DNA of 64,000 nucleotides, taken from the NCBI GenBank assembly GCA_029936965.1, contig JAPYRG010000003.1, forward strand, positions 31,417 to 95,416. The letters are read 5' to 3'. The stretch comes from Fidelibacterota bacterium (GTDB taxonomy: Bacteria > Fidelibacterota > Marinisomatia > Marinisomatales > TCS55). Position 1 is the first letter of the stretch; the number at the start of each line of letters is the position of its first letter. The notes beneath the pieces were generated by a model. It saw only the letters and a list, made by a program, of their open reading frames with translations. It ran no database searches and was not told the DNA's origin. Position numbers and translations under genes: made by a program. Shown piece by piece: positions 58,476 to 64,000 of the stretch.

Positions 58476-59792
58476 TTATAAATCTGTATCTAACGTACCT
58501 AAGATAGCTTTCAAGCTTGCTTGTTCAATCATGCTATCATATTTACTTCGAATTAATGATGATCGCGCACTGACCAAAGACACTTGTGCATCCAGTACTT
58601 CTAAAATACTTGCGGACCCCAAGCTATATCGCTGCTGAACTAATTTTAGATCTTCTTCGGCAGAAGCCAATACTTTTTCATTAATAGGAATCACTTCTTT
58701 ATAATAATTAAGTTGATCTAGAATTAATTGCAGTTGAACTGATAAATTTTGTAGTTGAGTTAAATACTCAGATTCTTGTTTTCTTACATTCAATTTAGCT
58801 TGTTGAATTGTAGTAGATAATGTATTCCCAGTATATATAGGGACTGAGAAAGATAAGCTTGTATTCATTCTCCAATTTTCATCCCATTCATTTGACAATG
58901 TCTGAAAATCTTCGGAATTACCAGAATAATTTGCTGAAGCTGATATATTCGGCAATCTGGATCCTTTTGCTATTTTTTCACTGTATTCAGCGTTTGTTAT
59001 TTGGTTTTTTTTAGCTAAAACGCTCGGATTAAATTTTTGAATAAATTCAAATCCATTTTCAAAATCAGGAATAGTATCTAAAAAGAATAAATCGTCATTA
59101 ACAATAAAATCTCTATCTGTTGTTACAATTCCCATTGCATTCTTTAAACTTAAATATCCATTTTTTAATACAGCTTCATTATTAACTACATCCACACGAG
59201 CTTGCCCATATCTCACTTCAGCTTTTAATAAATCTGTTTTTCTGGCAGATCCTAATTCAAAACGTTGCTTTGTTAAAGCCAATTGTTGTTGAGAACTATT
59301 TAAATTGCTTTGGGATACATTAAGTAATTGCATAGATTTTAAGTAATTAAAATAATTCCTATGTACTTCTCTTATAATGTTAGTTTTAACTTGCCTATCA
59401 TACTGTTCAGCAATTTTATAATTAGTTTTTGATTGCGCAATACTATTCCACCATCTTCCTCCATCATATATATTTTGTGATAATGAAACTCCAGCTGAAG
59501 AACTCTTCAGGCTGCTAATGCTCCCCAATGTAATTTCACCTGTCGTGGGATTGTACCCTCCCTCTTGTTGAGGAAAGCTTGACTCACTTACGCTCCCAGA
59601 TAATGTCAAATATGGTAATATATTACTATAAGATCCTCTAATATTTTGTCTAGAACTTTCTAAATCTAAAGCAGACGCTTTTAATTCTTCTTTGTTTGTT
59701 AGAGCAATTTGAATGCAATCAGCCAATGATAAATTTTCTTTTTGAGCGTACCCAATAGAAAGGAAAAAGATTAAAATTAAAATTTTATTCAT
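58476..59792 (-). CDS. TolC family outer membrane efflux protein
   Basis: 438 aa with a signal peptide and two OEP-type repeats with coiled-coil-rich sequence. Confidence 0.8.
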   Translation of the reverse strand: MNKILILIFFLSIGYAQKENLSLADCIQIALTNKEELKASALDLESSRQNIRGSYSNILPYLTLSGSVSESSFPQQEGGYNPTTGEITLGSISSLKSSSAGVSLSQNIYDGGRWWNSIAQSKTNYKIAEQYDRQVKTNIIREVHRNYFNYLKSMQLLNVSQSNLNSSQQQLALTKQRFELGSARKTDLLKAEVRYGQARVDVVNNEAVLKNGYLSLKNAMGIVTTDRDFIVNDDLFFLDTIPDFENGFEFIQKFNPSVLAKKNQITNAEYSEKIAKGSRLPNISASANYSGNSEDFQTLSNEWDENWRMNTSLSFSVPIYTGNTLSTTIQQAKLNVRKQESEYLTQLQNLSVQLQLILDQLNYYKEVIPINEKVLASAEEDLKLVQQRYSLGSASILEVLDAQVSLVSARSSLIRSKYDSMIEQASLKAILGTLDTDL

Positions 59793-59797
59793 TTTTA

Positions 59798-60505
59798 TTA
59801 TATAAAAAGAGATCCAAGCGCAGCAAAAATGCTAATCTGAAATAACCAATAAATAAAAATAGCTATTATAAATGGTCTGGCAGATTTTTTATAATAAACA
59901 CTTAACCCTATTCCAATGAGTATAATGCGCCACACACTAAAAAGATCCATTGCAGCAAATAAATTATTGATAAATGTCCCTTTTTCACCTATATCAAGCA
60001 AGCCTAGTCCTGTATAGACATCAATAGACCACTTATTAATCATTAATGGTATTTTAATTACTGTTTCAAGAACAGTAATTAGATAAGAGAATGAAACATA
60101 GGGCAATAAATTTGAATATCTTGTGGATTCACCAAAGAAAAACTTAACTATCATTAAGACGATTAATGTCGTCATTATTATTCTTAGAGGCCCTGCAAAA
60201 ATATTTGTTAACCACATTATTAAAATAGAAAATGGTCTAGGGTTTTCTAAAGATTCATATATACTCTTCAATGCATCTTCTTTTTGATCATCAGGTATCT
60301 GTGAACTATTCTCTATCCATTTAACAGATTGTTCAAGTTGTACATCATAATAAAGTTCTTTTAATAATAGAAGGCTTACGGCTCCTAAAACCATTAAGAC
60401 TATTAATGGCATAAAAGATATTTTCCAATCATTTGTTTTCTTCAATTCCTGAAAAGAAACAATTGGATCTGTAAAAATATTTATAAATAAAGCTAAATAT
60501 TTCAT
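59798..60505 (-). CDS. Yip1-like (DUF1282) polytopic membrane protein
   Basis: 235 aa with five predicted TMs. The N-terminal cytoplasmic P..SF..L-type segment resembles the Yip1 family. The family call is tentative. Confidence 0.45.
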   Translation of the reverse strand: MKYLALFINIFTDPIVSFQELKKTNDWKISFMPLIVLMVLGAVSLLLLKELYYDVQLEQSVKWIENSSQIPDDQKEDALKSIYESLENPRPFSILIMWLTNIFAGPLRIIMTTLIVLMIVKFFFGESTRYSNLLPYVSFSYLITVLETVIKIPLMINKWSIDVYTGLGLLDIGEKGTFINNLFAAMDLFSVWRIILIGIGLSVYYKKSARPFIIAIFIYWLFQISIFAALGSLFI

Positions 60506-60534
60506 ATAGCTAACACCTCGGTTAATAAAATAAA

Positions 60535-61953
60535 TTACGAAATAAATTTATCTTTTATTTGATATAAATAACTTAGTCCATCATCATGATTATTATCAAT
60601 CTTACCATCCAAAATAGCTTCCTCAATTGCCTTTTTGAGTTCACCTACCTTTTTTCCTTCTTTTAAATTACATATTTCCATTATTTCATTTCCTCTAACA
60701 GGTGATTGAAACTGGCTAAATAAGTCTCTTTCTTTTACATCTTTCATCAAACTATCAACCAGTTCAAAATTTTTCATATATTTATTTACTTTATTTGGAT
60801 TTTTTGTAGTTATATCTGCTCTACATAGTATCATCAAATCATCAATATCATCACCGGCTGCAACCATAAGCCTTCGAACTGCAGAATCAGTTACACCTTT
60901 CTTTGCTAATGCAATTGGGCGTAAATGCAATAATGTCATTTTTTTTAAGAATTCACCAAGATTATTAGATAATTTCATTCTTTTAATAACTTTATTTAGT
61001 ATTTTTTCTCCCACAGCGTCATGTCCATGAAAGGTATAACCTTTTTTCTTATCTACTCTCCTAGTAACAGGCTTTGCAATATCATGTACTAATGCAGCAA
61101 ATCTAATTTCCATTTTTTGAGTTAATTTTGCTGCATTGTCTACCACTTGCATGGTATGAAAAAAAATATCTTTGTGATTCCATTCAGGTGTTTGATCAAT
61201 TCCATACATTTCATCAATTTCTGGAAAGATTAATTTCATTAAACCTGTTTCTTGTAAAATAATAAGACCAATCGATGGTATTGGTGAAGATAAAATTTTG
61301 CATAATTCTGTCGTGATTCGTTCTTGTGATACGATTGAAATACGTTTTTTTTGATGAATAATTGAATCATAACATTTTTTATCAATTTCAAACTCAAATT
61401 TTGATGCAAAATAAGCAGCTCTTAGCATACGTAATGGATCTTCAGAAAACGTGTCATCTGGGTTTAATGGAGTGATAATTCTTCTAGATTGTAAATCAAT
61501 TATACCACTATAAGGATCATATAAATCTCCATAATTTTCTGGTAACAAATCAACTGCCATAGAATTAATAGTAAAGTCTCTTCTTATTAAATCACCTTTT
61601 AGATCTGTGTAGATCACTTCTTTTGGCTTCCGTGATTTATTATCATATTTTTCTAATCTTGCGGCGGCTACCTCAATATATATTTTTTGATATGGTATTT
61701 TTGCAGTAGAAAATTGCTTGAAGGGAATGACTTTTTTCACTTCCAAATCCTTTGCTAATAACTCAGCAAATTCTATTCCATCACCAATAATCATTAAATC
61801 TATTTCCACTGGTTTTTTCTGAATGAAAAGATCGCGCACAAATCCGCCAACAACATATATCTGTTTATTATTTTCTGATGCAATTTTACCTGCTCGTTTA
61901 AGCACATATTCCGCATCAGGATACTGAGATATTAATTCTTTAATATTACTCAT
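60535..61953 (-). CDS. cca: CCA tRNA nucleotidyltransferase / poly(A) polymerase family protein with HD domain
   Basis: 472 aa. VVGGFVRD, DxD (EIDLMI), RRDFTINS, then HD (LVHDIAKP). Confidence 0.8.
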   Translation of the reverse strand: MSNIKELISQYPDAEYVLKRAGKIASENNKQIYVVGGFVRDLFIQKKPVEIDLMIIGDGIEFAELLAKDLEVKKVIPFKQFSTAKIPYQKIYIEVAAARLEKYDNKSRKPKEVIYTDLKGDLIRRDFTINSMAVDLLPENYGDLYDPYSGIIDLQSRRIITPLNPDDTFSEDPLRMLRAAYFASKFEFEIDKKCYDSIIHQKKRISIVSQERITTELCKILSSPIPSIGLIILQETGLMKLIFPEIDEMYGIDQTPEWNHKDIFFHTMQVVDNAAKLTQKMEIRFAALVHDIAKPVTRRVDKKKGYTFHGHDAVGEKILNKVIKRMKLSNNLGEFLKKMTLLHLRPIALAKKGVTDSAVRRLMVAAGDDIDDLMILCRADITTKNPNKVNKYMKNFELVDSLMKDVKERDLFSQFQSPVRGNEIMEICNLKEGKKVGELKKAIEEAILDGKIDNNHDDGLSYLYQIKDKFIS

Positions 61954-62048
61954 ATGAAAAATTACCTATTTATCTCTAAAAAATGAACTAGTGTTGAATT
62001 ATGAAATATACTTGCCAGTATTAAGTGCTTGTTCTATTTTCTAATATA

Positions 62049-62888
62049 ATGGAAAAAACAAAAAAAGAATTAATCTTTTTTATTATTCTATTAGTATCAT
62101 TACTGAATGCTCAATTTTCAAAAGTAGATGTTACAATGGATGATAGATTGTTAAAAGATGATGATAGACAAATTTTGATTAATCTAAAAAATGAAGTTTC
62201 AAGATTTTTTATTAATAATAAATGGGATGAGGAATGGACTGATTTAGAAATTAAATTAAATATTCAAATTATATTTGAAGGAACAGCTACTAAAAATGGA
62301 AAGAAAAATTTTCTTGCTCAGGCGCTCATATCAACAAATGAAGATCAGCGCTTTTTTGATAACTCCTTACAATTTCCTTTTAATCCAGGATCAAGTTTAT
62401 ATTATGACCCAGTTATGTTTGAACCCCTTCCAAGCTTTCTATCATATTATGCAAATATGATTTTAGCTGGTGAAATAGATACCTATGAACCAAACGAGGG
62501 ATCAAAGCAGTATGAAATAGCTAGATCAATCGCTCTTCGGGGTACCTCAAGCAATTTTCCTAAGGGATGGTCAAAACGCGTCCAACTTACTGATGATATG
62601 TCATCAAATTATGGATTAAGGAAAGCTCGTTTTGCTTATTACTATGCATTAGATTTATTCAAAGATGGAGAAATTGAAGAATCAATTAACCAATTTAATT
62701 CAATGATAAAAGGTATTGATGAAGTATATGATAGAATTCCTAGGGAACATTATACTCTATATTTTTTAAAATCACATGCTACCGAATTATCACAAATATT
62801 ACAAATTTTAAGACAGAATGATATACTTCAAAGTCTTATGGATCTTGATCCCTCTAATAGAGATATTTACGAAGATGGACTGAAATAA
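62049..62888 (+). CDS. Secreted hypothetical protein (possibly DUF4835 family)
   Basis: The ATG at 62049 gives the signal peptide MEKTKKELIFFIILLVSLLNAQ. Size and context are similar to Bacteroidota DUF4835 proteins. The family assignment comes from memory, not from a motif. Confidence 0.35.
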   Translation: MEKTKKELIFFIILLVSLLNAQFSKVDVTMDDRLLKDDDRQILINLKNEVSRFFINNKWDEEWTDLEIKLNIQIIFEGTATKNGKKNFLAQALISTNEDQRFFDNSLQFPFNPGSSLYYDPVMFEPLPSFLSYYANMILAGEIDTYEPNEGSKQYEIARSIALRGTSSNFPKGWSKRVQLTDDMSSNYGLRKARFAYYYALDLFKDGEIEESINQFNSMIKGIDEVYDRIPREHYTLYFLKSHATELSQILQILRQNDILQSLMDLDPSNRDIYEDGLK

Positions 62889-63910
62889 ATATCTCGAAAA
62901 GTTTTCTTTCTTCTTATATAATAATCCCAAATAATACTTCCTTTATACATTGAGCTCATCATTTCGTAATCATCTATTGTACGCAGACGTTTAATCTTTC
63001 TTCTTCGAAGAAAAATAATGTGGATATGAAACAAAATCCATAAATGTGCCTGTATTACACCAAACATATGTTTAAAATCTAATTTTATTAGAGCATAAAC
63101 TATAGCAACCAACTCAAGAGCATATCGTATAGGAAACAAATAAAGAGTTGTAAATAACTTATAATTACTTAGTAACATAATAATCGAATTTCTATGATTT
63201 AACATATATTTCTTTAATGATGTCATTGGCAATGAAACAGCATTTTTATGATAAATGACCGATTGTGGATGCACATAAATACTATAACCTTTAAGTTGAA
63301 GCTTCCAGCATAAATCAATTTCTTCCATATGTGCGAAAAAATTTTCATCAAATTTTTCAACTTCAAGAAAATATTTTTTTCTAACCATAATTGCTGTTCC
63401 TGATGCCCAAAAGCAATGTGTATCATCATCATATTGTTTATTATCATTTTCTTGTTCTAAAAATAATCTTCCTCGTGCAAAGGGATAACATAAAACATCC
63501 ATATACCCACCAGATCCTCCAGCATAATCAAATCTATCTCTTTCATAATAATTTAATATTTTAGGTTGAACACCCGCACAATCCGGGTGGCTATTCATAA
63601 AAGAAACTAAATTATTAAGCCAATCTTTTTCATGAATTGTGTCATTATTCAAAAAAACAATATAATCACCTTTAGAAATTTTTATACCACGATTACATCC
63701 TCCTGCATAACCATAATTTTGATCATTTTCTACAATATTAATTTTGGAGTGATTAGTTTTTAGCCAATTAACGCTATCATCAGATGAGGCATTATCAACA
63801 ACGATAATTTCAAAATTAGAATATTCTGTATTATTTAAGGAATCAATGCATTCTGATAAAACATCAATGCCATTCCAATGCGGTATTATTATGGAAACTA
63901 GCGTATCCAT
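62867..63910 (-). CDS. Glycosyltransferase family 2
   Basis: 347 aa. VSIIIPHWNG, VVDNASSD, and the DxD-like NNDT (FLNNDTI). Confidence 0.85.
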   Translation of the reverse strand: MDTLVSIIIPHWNGIDVLSECIDSLNNTEYSNFEIIVVDNASSDDSVNWLKTNHSKINIVENDQNYGYAGGCNRGIKISKGDYIVFLNNDTIHEKDWLNNLVSFMNSHPDCAGVQPKILNYYERDRFDYAGGSGGYMDVLCYPFARGRLFLEQENDNKQYDDDTHCFWASGTAIMVRKKYFLEVEKFDENFFAHMEEIDLCWKLQLKGYSIYVHPQSVIYHKNAVSLPMTSLKKYMLNHRNSIIMLLSNYKLFTTLYLFPIRYALELVAIVYALIKLDFKHMFGVIQAHLWILFHIHIIFLRRRKIKRLRTIDDYEMMSSMYKGSIIWDYYIRRKKTFRDIYFSPSS

Positions 63911-63928
63911 AGCTATATGCCCTAAAGA

Positions 63929-64000
63929 CTAGGGTGCAGTACCTTTTAATTCATCAAGTAATTTTTTTGCTTGGCGATCGCTCGGGTTTCGTTCTAACCA
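63929..64000 (-). CDS. C-terminal 23 codons of an unidentified protein (5' part outside the window)
   Basis: The minus-strand frame reads WLERNPSDRQAKKLLDELKGTAP followed by a TAG stop (63929-63931). It is too short to assign. Confidence 0.35.
   Translation of the reverse strand, partial: WLERNPSDRQAKKLLDELKGTAP

Overview
The window is AT-rich (my estimate about 30% GC, not computed) and very densely coding. I call about 66 protein genes, 2 tRNAs (Glu-UUC, Asn-GUU) and a few hairpin terminators. I saw no rRNA, CRISPR array, transposase, integrase or prophage signal. Gene content points to a Gram-negative bacterium of the FCB (Bacteroidota-like) group, possibly an uncultured marine lineage. 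The pointers are CarboxypepD_reg-type TonB-dependent receptors, a DUF4249 partner, an ECF-sigma/FecR/STN-receptor trio, a T9SS C-terminal sorting domain (YPNPFNPS) and Kdo/Lpt LPS genes. The taxonomy is inference only.

Recognisable blocks:
- TonB receptor + DUF4249
- BolA-Grx4
- ThiI
- a menaquinone pair (hotdog thioesterase + PAS-fused MenA)
- a cell-surface signalling trio
- SSF symporter/HIT/EF-G paralog
- a tyrosine/homogentisate catabolic operon (aminotransferase-HppD-FAH-HmgA-flavin reductase)
- radA-tgt-NUDIX-peroxiredoxin
- lpxH
- three tandem bactofilins plus an orphan 602-aa bitopic protein
- argF
- hflKC-rpoN-lptB-lptC-kdsC-pyrG-kdsB
- a TolC/MacA/MacB-type efflux operon
- a CCA-adding enzyme

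Findings most worth a second look:
1. A Bcp-type peroxiredoxin has a single in-frame TGA exactly at the peroxidatic Cys codon, with a SECIS-like hairpin just downstream. It is a likely selenoprotein that the ORF track truncates to 84 aa.
2. A triple-bactofilin operon ends in an uncharacterised PilM/GspL-like bitopic membrane protein.
3. A 1047-aa protein combines a gluzincin protease, a PD40 propeller and an Omp85 barrel.
4. A PAS-MenA fusion sits next to a DHNA-CoA-type thioesterase.

I could not identify a canonical defence or toxin system. All function calls rest on motif recognition by eye and need a database search to confirm.
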